A DNA stretch of 64,000 nucleotides from Candidatus Eiseniibacteriota bacterium (GCA_965224245.1 OZ245046.1:6112001-6176000); one strand, 5' to 3'. Shown: positions 1 through 10,601, counted from the stretch's first letter. Notes: generated from the letters alone by a model not told the origin. Numbers and translations: made by a program.

Positions 1-275
1 GGACGCGCGTGATGCCGACGCTGCCCGAGAAACCGCGCCGCATCGTGGTCGGCCTGGTCGACCTCGTGCTGTACGTCGATCTCGACGGGACTGGCCCCGG
101 TGCGCGCCGCGTCATCCGGACGAAGCCGACGGCGAGCTACGACGCGGGCGATCGCACGGGGCGACTGCCCGAGGTGATCGGACTGAACTACAACGAGTTC
201 GACGCGGCGTTTCGCCGCTCGGTGACGGAAGCGGACCAGACCACTCACTCGACCGACAAGGAGAAGCCAGTATGA
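1..275 (+). CDS. Phage AAA-family ATPase (AAA_24/Sak4-like), C-terminal part, truncated by window edge
   Basis: PTLPEKPRRIVVGLVDLVLY...RVIRTKPTASYDAGDRTGRLP resembles the C-terminus of phage NTP-binding proteins that precede DUF669 genes; stop overlaps the next start. Confidence 0.6.
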   Translation, partial: TRVMPTLPEKPRRIVVGLVDLVLYVDLDGTGPGARRVIRTKPTASYDAGDRTGRLPEVIGLNYNEFDAAFRRSVTEADQTTHSTDKEKPV

Positions 276-688
276 GCCAGCTCGCAGACGTCCTCGCACA
301 GTTTGACGACACCTTCAACAACTTGGAGGTGGTCGCGGAGTCCGAGATCCCTGACGGCAAGTACCACGTGACGGTCGAGAAGGCCGAACTGACGAAGTCC
401 CAGACCGGCAACCCGATGCTCCTGTGGCGTCTTCGCATCATCGGCCCTGATCAGGACGGGCAGGTGCTCTGGCACCGGAACATGATCGCGACGGAGGACA
501 ACGTCATGTGGCTCAAGAAGGACCTCGTCACGTGCGGGGTGCATCTCGATCGGCTCAGCGAGCTGCCCGGCGCACTCGATCGCCTCGTGGGGCTGACGCT
601 CGCCGTGGCGAAGAAGACCAAGGGCGAGTACGAGAACGTGTACCTCAACAAGCGGCTCGAGGTCCCCGCTGGCGCGACGTCGTTTTGA
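272..688 (+). CDS. DUF669-family phage protein (putative ssDNA-binding)
   Basis: IPDGKYHVTVEKAELTKSQTGNPMLLWRLRI pattern; RBS AAGGAG; ATGA overlap with upstream gene. Confidence 0.75.
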   Translation: MSQLADVLAQFDDTFNNLEVVAESEIPDGKYHVTVEKAELTKSQTGNPMLLWRLRIIGPDQDGQVLWHRNMIATEDNVMWLKKDLVTCGVHLDRLSELPGALDRLVGLTLAVAKKTKGEYENVYLNKRLEVPAGATSF

Positions 689-698
689 TGCCGGGCGC

Positions 699-1142
699 GT
701 GACGATCGTCGTCGACACGCGTGAACAACGACCGTGGAGCTTCTCGCCGGAGCGTCCGACCGTGCGTCGGGCGCTCCCGGCGGGCGACTACTCGGTCGTG
801 GGGCTGGAGGAGTGGGTCGCCGTGGAGCGGAAGTCGGTGAACGATCTCGTGACGAGCCTGACCCGGGAGCGAGCGCGGTTCCTTCGCGAGATGGAGCGCT
901 TCGGGGCCTACGACGCGGCCTGTGTCGTCGTCGAGGCGGAGCTGGCCGACATCGCGGCGCACCGGTACCGGTCGAGGGCCACGCCGCGTTCCATTGTGGG
1001 CTCGGTGATCACGATCGGACTCCGCTACCGCGTGCCCACCTACTTCTGTGGAAGCCGCTCGCTCGCGGCCGCGTTCACCGAGCGCTATCTCGTTCGGTAC
1101 GCCCAGGAGCGGGCGGCAGTCCAGGTGAGGGCCGCGTCGTGA
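699..1142 (+). CDS. ERCC4/XPF-domain nuclease
   Basis: IVVDTREQ, GDY, VERKS..DL, VVVE motifs. Confidence 0.9.
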   Translation: MTIVVDTREQRPWSFSPERPTVRRALPAGDYSVVGLEEWVAVERKSVNDLVTSLTRERARFLREMERFGAYDAACVVVEAELADIAAHRYRSRATPRSIVGSVITIGLRYRVPTYFCGSRSLAAAFTERYLVRYAQERAAVQVRAAS

Positions 1143-1185
1143 GGGGCGGGGTCGTGCGGCGTTCCATCGCCCCGGGGGGTACGAC

Positions 1186-1686
1186 ATGACCGGCGAGACA
1201 CTCGGGCACGCGCTGCGGTGCGCCGAGCGCGGATGGCGGGTGTTCCCGTGCGGGCCGGGGGCCAAGACACCGGTCGCCGGCTGCCACTGGCCGGACGAGG
1301 CGTCTCGGGACCCCGACCAGATCGCACGCTGGTGGCAGATCCACGCCGAGCCCAACTACGGGATCGTGACGGGCGAGACGAGTGCCATCTTCGTCGTCGA
1401 TCTCGATCGCCATGGGCACGAAGCGGACGAGTCGGGGGTCGAAGATGGACTCGTGACGCTCGCGACCCTGGAGAACGAGCACGACGAGATCCCTCCCACG
1501 CTGACGGTGCGGACACCCTCGGGTGGGTTCCATCTGTACTTCCAGTACCCCGAGGGCGGCGTCCGGAACTCGGCGCGGCGCATTGGTCCCGGCATCGACG
1601 TGCGCGGAGACGGCGGCTACGTGGTCGGTCCCGGGTCCATCGTCGACGGCAGGCGCTACACCATCGTCGATCGGTGGCGGCCATGA
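1186..1686 (+). CDS. Bifunctional DNA primase/polymerase (Prim-Pol) domain protein
   Basis: GWRVFPC, NYGIVTG, VVDLD, TPSGGFHLYF, GIDVRGDGGYVVGPGS. Confidence 0.9.
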   Translation: MTGETLGHALRCAERGWRVFPCGPGAKTPVAGCHWPDEASRDPDQIARWWQIHAEPNYGIVTGETSAIFVVDLDRHGHEADESGVEDGLVTLATLENEHDEIPPTLTVRTPSGGFHLYFQYPEGGVRNSARRIGPGIDVRGDGGYVVGPGSIVDGRRYTIVDRWRP

Positions 1687-3413
1687 CGGTGGTCCAGACC
1701 GAGATCGCCGAGGCCCCGGCCTGGCTCCTCGAACTGGCGCGAGAGAGGCCGAGGGCACTGTCGCTCGTACCATCGCCCGTGTCGCCGCGCGTGAAGACCG
1801 TGGGCGAGATCATGGCCGAAGCGGGGAAGCTGGAAGGGTTCACCGAGACGGCCCCGGGCAAGCTGAGGGGATGCTGCATCTTTCACGACGACACGCATCC
1901 GTCGGCCGCGATCTGGGTCGGCGACGAACACGATCTCGGCAGCTATCACTGTTCGGCCGGCTGCGGGTCGTTCGGGGCCAAGGACCTCGCGGCACGTCTC
2001 GGCATCGCGTTCCATCGGGAAGGCCCCCTCGGGCCGGGGCGTACCACCGGGCAGCTCACGTACCGCCTGGACGAGGTGGGCAACGCCGAGCGGCTGGTCG
2101 ACCGGTTCGGCGACGTGCTGCGCTATTGCCCGCAGCGCCGGTCGTGGCTCGTGTGGGACGGGGGCCGCTGGGCCTGGGACGAGGCCGACAGCGTCTTCGA
2201 GTACGCCCGAAAGACGATCAATGCGCTGTTCGACGAGGCGCGCGACTCCGGCGATGACGCCAAGAAGATCGTCACGCACGCAGTACGCTCGCGCACGCAC
2301 CGGGCACTGCGGGACATGATCGCCCAGGCGGCCACCATGCCGGGCGTCATCGTCCACGCGCGTGAGCTGGATGCCGACCCCTGGCTCTTCAACGTCGCGA
2401 ACGGGACCCTGGATCTCCGCTCGGGGACCCTTCGGCCGCATGACGCCGCTGACTTGATCACGCGGCAGTCGCCCGTGGTCCATGACCCCGAGGCATGCGC
2501 CGAGCGCTGGGAGCAATGCCTCGAGGAAATCTTCGCCCGGGACACCGACGCGATTGCGTTCCTCCAGCGCTGGGGCGGCTACGCGCTCACCGGGGTCATC
2601 CGCGATCACGTGGTCCTCATCGCCCACGGGACCGGCCGCAATGGCAAGGGGACCGTCTTCGAGCGCCTTCGCGACGTCCTGGGCGACTACGCGGTGGCCG
2701 TACCATTCGCGGCGTTCACCGAGAGCCGCTATCGCGACGATGCCGGCGCGCGGCCCGACATCGTGCGCATGCGGGGCGCCCGGATGATCACGACGTCCGA
2801 GGGGGCGTTCGGGACGTACCTCGACGAGAGCACCATCAAGCGCCTCAGCGGCGGCGACACGATCTACGCGCGCGGCATGCGCGAGAACGGCGACGAGTTC
2901 CAGGTGATCGGCAAGTGCATCTTGCAGACGAACCATCGCCCGCTCGTCAAGGGCACCGACACCGCGCTCAAGGCGCGTCTCAGGCTTCTGCCGTTCAACG
3001 TGAGCTTCGCTGGTCGCGAGGACACGACGCTCGCAGAGGCGCTCAAAGCCGAGCTACCGGGCATTCTGAACTGGCTCCTCGCCGGCTGCCGGGCGTACCA
3101 GGCGGCAGGTGGCGTCGGCTCGTGCACGGCCGTCGACGCGACCACGAGCGACTACTTCACCGACATGGACGTCATCCAGGGCTTCCTCGACGAGTGGGTC
3201 GTCGCTGGCGACGAAGTGGCCTTCAAGGAGCTGTACGAGGCGTATCGCTACCACTGTGAGGAGGCCGGCATCCGACCGCTCGCAGGCCAGCGAATGGGGG
3301 AACGATTGACGGAGAAGGGCATCGGGAAAGTGAAGCGTGGCGGACAGGCAGTTCGGACCGGGATCGTGCTCGCGCGCCACGTCCCGGTGGGCTGGAGCGG
3401 GGGTCGCAGATGA
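1683..3413 (+). CDS. Phage/plasmid P4-family (D5-like SF3) primase-helicase with N-terminal Zn-finger
   Basis: ATG 1683 overlaps prim-pol stop; CCIFHDDTHPS..YHCSAGC; D5_N NAERLVDRFG..WDGGRW; Walker A GTGRNGKGT; TNHRP. Confidence 0.9.
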   Translation: MTVVQTEIAEAPAWLLELARERPRALSLVPSPVSPRVKTVGEIMAEAGKLEGFTETAPGKLRGCCIFHDDTHPSAAIWVGDEHDLGSYHCSAGCGSFGAKDLAARLGIAFHREGPLGPGRTTGQLTYRLDEVGNAERLVDRFGDVLRYCPQRRSWLVWDGGRWAWDEADSVFEYARKTINALFDEARDSGDDAKKIVTHAVRSRTHRALRDMIAQAATMPGVIVHARELDADPWLFNVANGTLDLRSGTLRPHDAADLITRQSPVVHDPEACAERWEQCLEEIFARDTDAIAFLQRWGGYALTGVIRDHVVLIAHGTGRNGKGTVFERLRDVLGDYAVAVPFAAFTESRYRDDAGARPDIVRMRGARMITTSEGAFGTYLDESTIKRLSGGDTIYARGMRENGDEFQVIGKCILQTNHRPLVKGTDTALKARLRLLPFNVSFAGREDTTLAEALKAELPGILNWLLAGCRAYQAAGGVGSCTAVDATTSDYFTDMDVIQGFLDEWVVAGDEVAFKELYEAYRYHCEEAGIRPLAGQRMGERLTEKGIGKVKRGGQAVRTGIVLARHVPVGWSGGRR

Positions 3414-3438
3414 ATGTGAACCGGGGAATGCGTCTTGA

Positions 3439-3664
3439 GTGTCCTGCTGTGACCTCAACCCGAAAAAGCATCCTGGCTGTCCTGCGTGTCTTGGTCGAGC
3501 CGCAATGTGTTGTCGGGAAAGAAGATCGCGAGCGGCGCGTTCCATGGGCGATCGACGTCGCAGGACACCGTAGGACACTGAAGGGCATTTTCAGTATAAA
3601 CGCTACGCGCGCGCGCGTGAGCGCTTATACCAAATCAGCCCTCAGGTGTCCTGCGGTGTCCTGG
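3439..3664. repeat. Iteron-like GTGTCCTGC repeats, putative replication origin
   Basis: Direct copies at 3439, 3477, 3486, 3646, 3656; inverted copies at 3560, 3570; AT-rich 3586-3600; palindrome ACGCGCGCGCGCGT 3605-3618; directly after the helicase gene. Confidence 0.6.
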
Positions 3665-3687
3665 TCCCGCCCCCGGGGGTGTGCGTG

Positions 3688-4776
3688 ATGGTACGCGCGG
3701 CCGCGTCGATATGGTCCGCACTGCCGGCGTACATCGGCGGCAAGCGGAGGCTCGCCCCGCTCATCTTCCGAGAGCTGGACCGCGTGTTCCCGCGACGCCT
3801 CTGGGGGGGCGCCCGGTTCGTCGACGCGTTCGCCGGCGGCGGCTCGGTGTCGCTGTTCGCCAAGGCCCAGGGGTTTCTCCACGTCCACGCCATCGACATC
3901 GCCGAGCGATCGGTCATCGTGGGGCGTGCGCTCATCGCGAACGGTCGCGTCCACCTGACCGAGGCCGATCTTCTCCGCATCGCCGGCACCGAGATCCGGA
4001 CGCCCGGACCCATCGAGACGCTCCACGTGCCGAGCGTGTTCCCGGCGAACGTGGCCCAGTTCCTCGATCGCGCGCTGGCCACCGCCGAGGCGACCGCCGA
4101 TGGTGCAAAGGCCAACCTCATCAAGCTCCTGGCGATGAAGCTCGCCATGGCGGCACATCCGATGGCGCAGGTCCGCCCTGGTACGGCACACCGCGTGGCG
4201 ACCGGCGAACTCGAAGCGATCACCGAGAGCTGCGTGAAGGTCTACATCGATGCGAAGCGGCTCACGAGCCCCGCGAAGCTGCGAGCGTTCATTCGCGCGA
4301 TCAACGGTGGTGTGATTGCGGGCGAAGGCGACGTCACGAAGGGCAGCGCGATCGATGTGCTCCCGACCCTGAAGGCCGATGTCGTGTACTGCGATCCGCC
4401 GTACGCGGGAACGACGAGCTACGAGCGGGAGTTCAAAGTCATCGACGCGATCTTCGACGATGGCCCCAAGCCCGTGAGTCGGTTCAGCCAGTCCGTCGAA
4501 CTCCTCGACGCGCTCTTCGACTCAGCGGTCCACATTCCGGTCTGGCTCTTGTCCTACGGCAACGCCGAGCTGTCCGGGGCCGAACTCCAGGACCGCGTTG
4601 CCGCATGCGGACGCGAGACGCGCCTCGTCGAGGTGCCCTATGCCCACAAAGCCTCCGTCGCCCGGGCCGAGACCCGCGCCCGCAACCGCGAGCTCCTCGT
4701 CGTCGCCGTCGACCCCGAGCACCGCCTCATCCAGCGTATCCGTGAGAGGAGGGCCGTCGATGCCTTCGAGTCCTAG
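3688..4776 (+). CDS. DNA N6-adenine methyltransferase (Dam/D12-like), orphan
   Basis: YIGGKRRL, motif I DAFAGGGSV, motif IV DPPY. Confidence 0.85.
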   Translation: MVRAAASIWSALPAYIGGKRRLAPLIFRELDRVFPRRLWGGARFVDAFAGGGSVSLFAKAQGFLHVHAIDIAERSVIVGRALIANGRVHLTEADLLRIAGTEIRTPGPIETLHVPSVFPANVAQFLDRALATAEATADGAKANLIKLLAMKLAMAAHPMAQVRPGTAHRVATGELEAITESCVKVYIDAKRLTSPAKLRAFIRAINGGVIAGEGDVTKGSAIDVLPTLKADVVYCDPPYAGTTSYEREFKVIDAIFDDGPKPVSRFSQSVELLDALFDSAVHIPVWLLSYGNAELSGAELQDRVAACGRETRLVEVPYAHKASVARAETRARNRELLVVAVDPEHRLIQRIRERRAVDAFES

Positions 4777-5451
4777 CACGGTGCCCGAGACGCGCGTCGT
4801 CCCCATCGCCGATCTCGTCCCGCACCCCATGAACACCAACGCAGATGCCGCCGGATCTCTTCGAGAAGCTTAAGGGGTCACTTGCGGCGCAACGGACGGT
4901 ACCCCGCCGTGATCGTGCGGCCACACCCGAGCGACGACGGGAAGTACGAGGTCATCGACGGGCACCACCGCGCGCGAGCCCTGGAGAGCCTAGGACACGA
5001 GACGGTGCGCGTGGACGTGTGGCACGTCGATGACACCGAGACGCGGGTGCTCCTCGCGACGTTGAACCGTCTCGAAGGCGACGACGTCCCGGTGCGTCGG
5101 GCCGAGCTGCTGCACGCGTTGATGGGCGAGATGTCCAGCGCGGACCTCGCGGGCTCGTTGGTGCCGGAGAGCGGAAGCTGAGATCCGAGGACTCTGCACG
5201 CTTTGCTTGGAACTGCCGGCCGGCGATCATCGCTGCCGAGCTGGCGCGACGAGGCCGCCGAGACCGAGAAGACCCTGCCCGTCGTCCTGACCTACGTCGT
5301 CCACCCCGAGCACGCCACGCTCATCGCCGATGCCGTGGAACGCGCCTCGGACGGCATCGTTGGTCGCGATCGGAAGGCCCGGGGGCTCTTCAACCTCGCC
5401 ACCCACTACCTGGAAGGAGTCACCGATGCTGACCCGACGCCAGAAGCGTGA
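4760..5451 (+). pseudogene. ParB/Srx N-terminal domain protein, several frameshifts
   Basis: Pieces in different frames: VPIADLVPHPMNTN / MPPDLFEKLKGSL / IVRPHP..YEVIDGHHRARAL..LNRLEG. Confidence 0.75.
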
Positions 5452-5977
5452 GCAGGCGCGTCACCTCTACCTGACCGGTGAGTGTGACAGCAACGCCGCG
5501 ATCGCCCGGCGAGCTGCACATGAAGGCGCGCACCGTCGCCCGCTATCGCAAGGAAGAGGGCTGGGACGAGCTCCGCGTGAAGGTCGATCGGCAGGCGGCG
5601 GAGAAGCTCGTCGAAAGCCTCGCTGGTGAGCGAACGAGCCTGAACCTGCGGCACTTCCGCTACTGGGACGCCATCCTGGCCCAGGTGGGCGAGGCGATGA
5701 AGACCGACACGGCGCACGGCATCCGCGAGCTGGAACGGCTCACGCACATCGTCGAAAGGTGCAGAAAGGCCAGCGGCTCGCTCGCGGCCTCAGCCTCAAC
5801 GGGGAGAACGAGGAGCAGATCCGTGCCCAGGCGGCGGCCGAGTCCCGTGCACTGGTCGATGCGTTCATCGACGCCGTGAAGGCGCACGTGCCAGACGAGG
5901 AAGCGCGCGATCAGATCCGACTCACGGTGCTCGCCAAGCTGCCGCAGCAGCCCGAAGAGGCGGACGTCGACGCATGA
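5426..5977 (+). pseudogene. Putative terminase small subunit (HTH), frameshifted
   Basis: KREQARHLYLTG..NAAIA plus RTVARYRKEEGWDE HTH-like segment split over three frames; directly upstream of terL. Confidence 0.55.
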
Positions 5978-7546
5978 GTGTCCACCGCTATCTCACCGGG
6001 CGCCTCATGGAGGTCGTCTCCCCGGCGGTACGGACGCGGAGTCAGCCGCTGGCGAACTGGGCCGTGCGCGGTGCGTCTCGACGGCAAGCCGTTCACCTTC
6101 GACGGGTCACGCCTACCTGCGGGCAATCTACGACGACACGAGCCCGCACGTGGTGCTGATCAAGGCCGCCCAGATCGGGGGTACTACCTGGGCGATCCTC
6201 CGGAGCATCCACGCGTGCCTCTCGGGGCTTCACGTGATGTATCTCTTCCCAACGCGAAGCGGACGTCATCGAGTTCTCGAAGTCACGCGTGCGACCGCTC
6301 ATCGAGGAGAACGCGTTCCTCCAGAAGGCGATGACGGACACCGACACCGCCGGGCTCAAACGCATCGAGGGGAGCTACCTGTACCTGCGCGGCATGAGAA
6401 GCCCCATCGGCATCAAGAGCGTGCCCGCCGACATGATCGTGTTCGACGAGCTGGATGAGGCCACGCCCGACGCGAAGACCCGTGCGAAGGAGCGGCTCTC
6501 GCACTCCAGCTACAAGCGAGTGATCGAGCTCAGCAATCCCTCGATCCCCGACTTCGGCATCGACGAGGCGTTCCAGCGCCAGCGATCAGCGGCACTGGCA
6601 CCTCAAGTGCCCCGGGTGCAACGAATGGACCGCCCCGGCGCTCGCGTTCCCACGGACCCTGAACACCGAGGTGCGCATCATCCAGAAGGACGTCGACGGC
6701 AACGCGTACCTGGCCTGTCCCGAGTGTGACGCCGCGCTGGACCCCGAGGCCGGGGAATGGGTCGCGACGCATCCCGGACGGGAGTCCCACGGGTATCTTG
6801 ATCTCGCAGCTCTGTCTCAGCACGCTCATCGACCCCGGCGAGATCCTGCGGGAGTACGAGGCGACCCGGTTCCCTGATCGCTTCTACAACCTCAAGATCG
6901 GTGTCGCTTGGGTGGACAAAGCCAACCGGCTCTCGACCGACGAGGTGCTCCGCCTCTGCGGCCCCATGGGCATCCTCGAGCGATCGTCGGCGTCGTGCAC
7001 CATGGGCGTCGACACGGGCCGCGAGCTTCACGTGGTCATCGCACGCCCACGCGGGGACCGGCGCGAGATCGTGTACATCGGCGTGCATGCGGCCTTCGAC
7101 GAGCTGGACGACTTGATCCGTCGGTTCAACGTGTACCGCTGCGTGATCGATGGGCTGCCCGGAGACGCACGCGGCCCGCGAGCTGGCCGCTGCGGCAGCG
7201 CGGGCATCGTGTACCTCAACTTCTTCAATCACGCACCAGCGGGGAACGCCCGCGGTGGGATCAAGCGACAGCTACACCGTCAGCGGAGAACCGGACCGAG
7301 GCGCTCGATGCCTCACGGCGCGCCATCCGCGACGGGGAGATCGTGCTGCCTCGACGCTGCCGCATCGTGGACGAGTTCGCCAAGCACCTGACCGGTGACG
7401 CGAAGCAGCTGGTCGAGGATGACGAGACCGGGGCGCAGCACTACCGGTACGTCCGCGTTGGCACGAACCACCTCAGCATGGCACTGACCTACGAATGCAT
7501 CGCGGCGGAGGCGCACGACGTGCTCGACTACGTGCCGCTGGCGTGA
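5974..7546 (+). pseudogene. Phage terminase large subunit (GpA family), multiple frameshifts
   Basis: VLIKAAQIGGT, Walker B IVFDELDE, LSNPS, CPGC/CPEC Zn motifs, nuclease MGVDTG, C-terminal GTNHLSMA. Confidence 0.8.
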
Positions 7547-7853
7547 CCCCCGAACCGTGCCCTGGCGCACGGCGCGAGGTGCCGATCCACGACGCGGAGC
7601 GCATATAGATGTGCCGAACGGCGACGCGCCGACCCCTGAAGACGCCCGAAACAGGACGCGAACGGCCCCTCGGTCTGCCGAACGGGGACGCGACTGAGCG
7701 ACTCGGCGATGCCGTAAGTTGCAATGGTGCAACCGGTGTGGCGATGGGGTCCCCTCGGTGAGGGGCATCAGGCGGGCACCCCAGAGCGATTTCTGCGCTG
7801 AAATCGGACCCTAACCTGGCCCCTCGCCCCGAAACAGGCTCTCTGTCGTCTAT

Positions 7854-7877
7854 CGACACGGAAACGATTATGTGGCT
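7854..7877 (+). repeat. 24-bp conserved site downstream of terL, copy 1
   Basis: CGACACGGAAACGATTATGTGGCT, identical to 26492-26515. Confidence 0.85.
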
Positions 7878-8055
7878 TGAGGTTACGCTGGGCGCGACAC
7901 CCGCGTCCGTATCGCGATAGACTCACCGGGAATGCTGGGGAGTGCGGCGAGCGACGCTGCGCAGAGCCAGGTGAGCATGGCTGGCGATCTCACGACTGCG
8001 CCCATCACCTTATCTTGATAACATCCGGCTCGGTCTTGTTTCTTCCAAGATTGCG

Positions 8056-8358
8056 GTGGGCCACGCCCTTCCCTCGTTCGAAAAGCATCCCCGGATCTGG
8101 TCAGTGTCGAACCCATCGGGCCCGATCACCCACTTGAAGTACAACCTACCGGTTGGTGGTCGGGCGACTGTGACTATCGTTGACGTAGCGGGAAGGACCG
8201 TTCGAAGTTTTCCGGTCACGCACGATCCGCCGGGCACGTATCGGCTTACTTGGGATGGACGGAATGATGGTGGACTACTGGTATCCGCCGGCGTGTATGT
8301 CGTGAAGCTTGAGACAGACAGAGACACAGCCACGTACCGCGTTGTCATGACGCAGTAG
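8056..8358 (+). pseudogene. Orphan FlgD-Ig-like C-terminal domain fragment
   Basis: NPSGPITHLKYNLP..IVDVAGRTVR..LTWDGRNDGG..SAGVYVVKL; no N-terminal region. Confidence 0.7.
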
Positions 8359-8436
8359 CAACACCCGAGCAGTCGCATCTTCCGAAGTGAGTACGCACTG
8401 ACCTGCATCCACATGCCGTAGGCGGCGTCTTCCATC

Positions 8437-8493
8437 GTGCGCCCGCATCCCACGGACCATGCGAAGTACGAGGTCATCGACGGACACGACCGC
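8437..8493 (+). pseudogene. Short diverged copy of the ParB-like gene
   Basis: VRPHPTDHAKYEVIDGHDR versus VRPHPSDDGKYEVIDGHHR at about 4915-4970. Confidence 0.75.
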
Positions 8494-8564
8494 GAAGAAC
8501 CCCGCACACGCGGTTCGCGCCTCCGCAGGCCAACGGCGAGACTGGCCCGCAGTGTCCTAAAGTG

Positions 8565-8590
8565 GTGCGCCGCAAAAAGCGACGACATCC
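8565..8590 (+). ncRNA. Group II intron 5'-end remnant
   Basis: GTGCGCCGCAAAAAGCGACGACATCC matches the start of the intron at 53361; preceded by CGCAGTGTCCTAAAGTG. Confidence 0.55.
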
Positions 8591-8599
8591 CGCCTCGTT

Positions 8600-8858
8600 C
8601 GAAGAGGAGGCCGCGTTCTGGCCGGCCCGTCTCGACATGCCGTTCGAGGTGGTTGCGCTAGCGGACGTCGATCACGACGGTCGTATGGACATGCTCGAGC
8701 GGCAAGGTGATGGCCTCGTGATACGTCGCGGGTTGCCCAATGCATGTTTCTCACTGGAGACGTACCTGGCCGGCGATCCAGAGCCGGACGATGAGGTCTG
8801 GTGGCGAGACGTGACGGGCGACGGGATCTGTGATCTGCTGTCAAGTGGCTACTACTCC
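8600..8858 (+). pseudogene. FG-GAP/VCBS repeat protein fragment cut by IS66
   Basis: LADVDHDGRMD and WRDVTGDGICDLL loops; ends at the IS66 IR at 8859. Confidence 0.6.
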
Positions 8859-10260
8859 GTAAGCGGTCAGCCTAGGACGTCGGTCCACCCGGTCGGTCCA
8901 GCATGGACTGCAGCGGCTCCTCGGCGAAACGCGTCTTCCACTCACGCGGCGTGAGTTCATGGACGTTCTTCGCGGGATGGATCGCCACGCGCTGCAGCAC
9001 GTCGACGAGGTAGGCGAACGGATCGACGCCGTGAAGTCGGCACGTGACGATGAGGCTCTGCACCCACCCCAACGCCTCGGCACCCACTTCGGTCGTACAG
9101 AACAACCAGTTCTTGCGCCCGAGCGCCACCGGGCGGATCGTGCGCTCCAGGTGGTTCGTGTCCGGCGCGACGGCCGGATCGTCGAGGAACACCCGTAGCG
9201 CTCTCTCACGATCGAGCGCGTAGCGTGCCGCTTTGGTGAACGGACTGGTCGGCAAGAGGACGTGCTCATCCATCGCGGCCTCCAGCGCCGCGAAGAACGC
9301 GTCGACGATCGGGCGGCTGTGCTCGCGCCGATGCGCGAGGATCGCGTCGGGACCATCGAGCTCCGCGGCGCTCGCCTCTTGCTCATAGAGCGCACCGATG
9401 CGATCCAGCGCGTCACCTGCCAGCGAGGGTTCCACGTCCTCGCCGTCCACGAACCCGCGACGCACGTGGGCCCAGCACTGCGCATGCACCACCCCGGCAC
9501 GACGCGCCGCGTACTTCTCGTAGGCCTCGTACCCGTCGCTCAGAAGCGTGCCCGAGTAGTCGGCCAGGACCTCCTGGACCACCGCATGCGCCCGCGTCGG
9601 CGAGAACACGAACGCCACCTCGTCACGATCCCCGTACACCGGCCAGAAGTACCCGGTCTTCATCGTCCCCCGGTTCGGCGGCTTGCCCTTCTTGCGGCCC
9701 GCCTTGATCGGCGTCTCGTCCATCGCGATCACCTTGCTCGCGAGGATCGACTCCACCTGGGCCGCGAAGATCGGCCCCAGAAGGTCAGCCGCTCGATGGA
9801 AGTACGTCGTCAGCGTCGAGCGGCCGATCCGTACGCCGCTGGCCGCCAGACGCTGGTGCTGGCGATACAGCGGCAGGTGGTACGCCAGCTTGTCGATCAG
9901 CATCCCGGCCAGGAAGCTCACGTCGGCCACGCTCTTCTCCAACACGGTGATCGGCGCTGGCGGGCAGGAGAACGTCTCGTCGGTCTTGTGCTTGAACACC
10001 GGACGCACGATCCGAAGCACCACGTACGCGGCGGGGCGCTGGGCCAGCCGCTCGGTGACCTTCTCGCCGATCTTCTCGTACTGGTCCATCTCATCGGCCG
10101 GGATCTCGAGATTCGGGATCACGACCGTCTCCACCGGCACCGACTCGTCGAACCGGACTCCGGAGCTCGTGTCGCGTGGGGGGCGTCGACGCCGGGTGTG
10201 AGCACCGACCACCGTCGTTGCGTCCGCGGGCTCGGACGGCGCGTCGATCTCGCCGGGGGA
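8859..10260 (-). mobile_element. tnpC: Truncated IS66-family element (tnpC, ORF 8872-10212, N-terminus missing)
   Basis: IR GTAAGCGGTCAG at 8859; HLPLYRQ, MDETP, LSDGYEAY, CWAHVRR, TNHLERTIR..GRKNWLF; tnpA/tnpB absent; a related IR lies at 10500-10519. Confidence 0.9.
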
Positions 10261-10344
10261 GCAGAGGCCACGTTACGTGGGATGAACTCACACAGTCCTG
10301 GAACGGCTTCTAGGACCGTTTGGTCCCCCAAAAAACTTTGCCGT

Positions 10345-10373
10345 TCCTTCCCCGTGTGCGCGGGGATGGACCG
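10345..10373 (+). CRISPR. Single orphan type I-E-like CRISPR repeat (no array)
   Basis: 29 nt TCCTTCCCCGTGTGCGCGGGGATGGACCG with CCCCG/CGGGG stem and GGGGATGGACCG 3' end; no second repeat, no cas genes. Confidence 0.4.
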
Positions 10374-10445
10374 GCAGCGGGATCGCAGTTTCCGCCCGGC
10401 GATTACGCGGTTCCGTTCCAGATGCTGAGCTGCGTCGTGGTCGAG

Positions 10446-10476
10446 CCCGGCGACGGGTCGCTCCAGCCGGAAGCAG
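10446..10476 (+). ncRNA. Group II intron domain I fragment
   Basis: CCCGGCGACGGGTCGCTCCAGCCGGAAGCAG, close to 53405-53435. Confidence 0.6.
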
Positions 10477-10534
10477 GGGAGTTCGAGTTGCGTTCTGGGG
10501 TCCCGGGCGGGACGCTTACGCGAACCCGAGTGCA

Positions 10535-10601
10535 GGCTGGAGCGACCCGTCGACGAGCGGGATTCTCACTCGCTGGACGTCGACGCCCTTGCACGGCGCA
10601 C
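10535..10601 (-). ncRNA. Group II intron 5'-end remnant
   Basis: Minus strand GTGCGCCGTGCAAGGGCGTCGACGTCCAGCGAGTGAGAATCC...GACGGGTCGCTCCAGCC; preceded by GGTAGGGTCGGGAACTGG. Confidence 0.75.

Noticed and set aside
3688-4776. Restriction-modification system
   Set aside because: No adjacent restriction endonuclease; the ERCC4 nuclease belongs to the phage recombination block
10345-10440. A true CRISPR array
   Set aside because: Only one repeat-like unit; no second copy about 61 bp away and no cas genes in the window
8859-10519. One intact IS66 bounded by the IRs at 8859 and 10519
   Set aside because: No TSD (ACTACTCC versus GCGAACCC), tnpA and tnpB are missing, and unrelated debris lies inside
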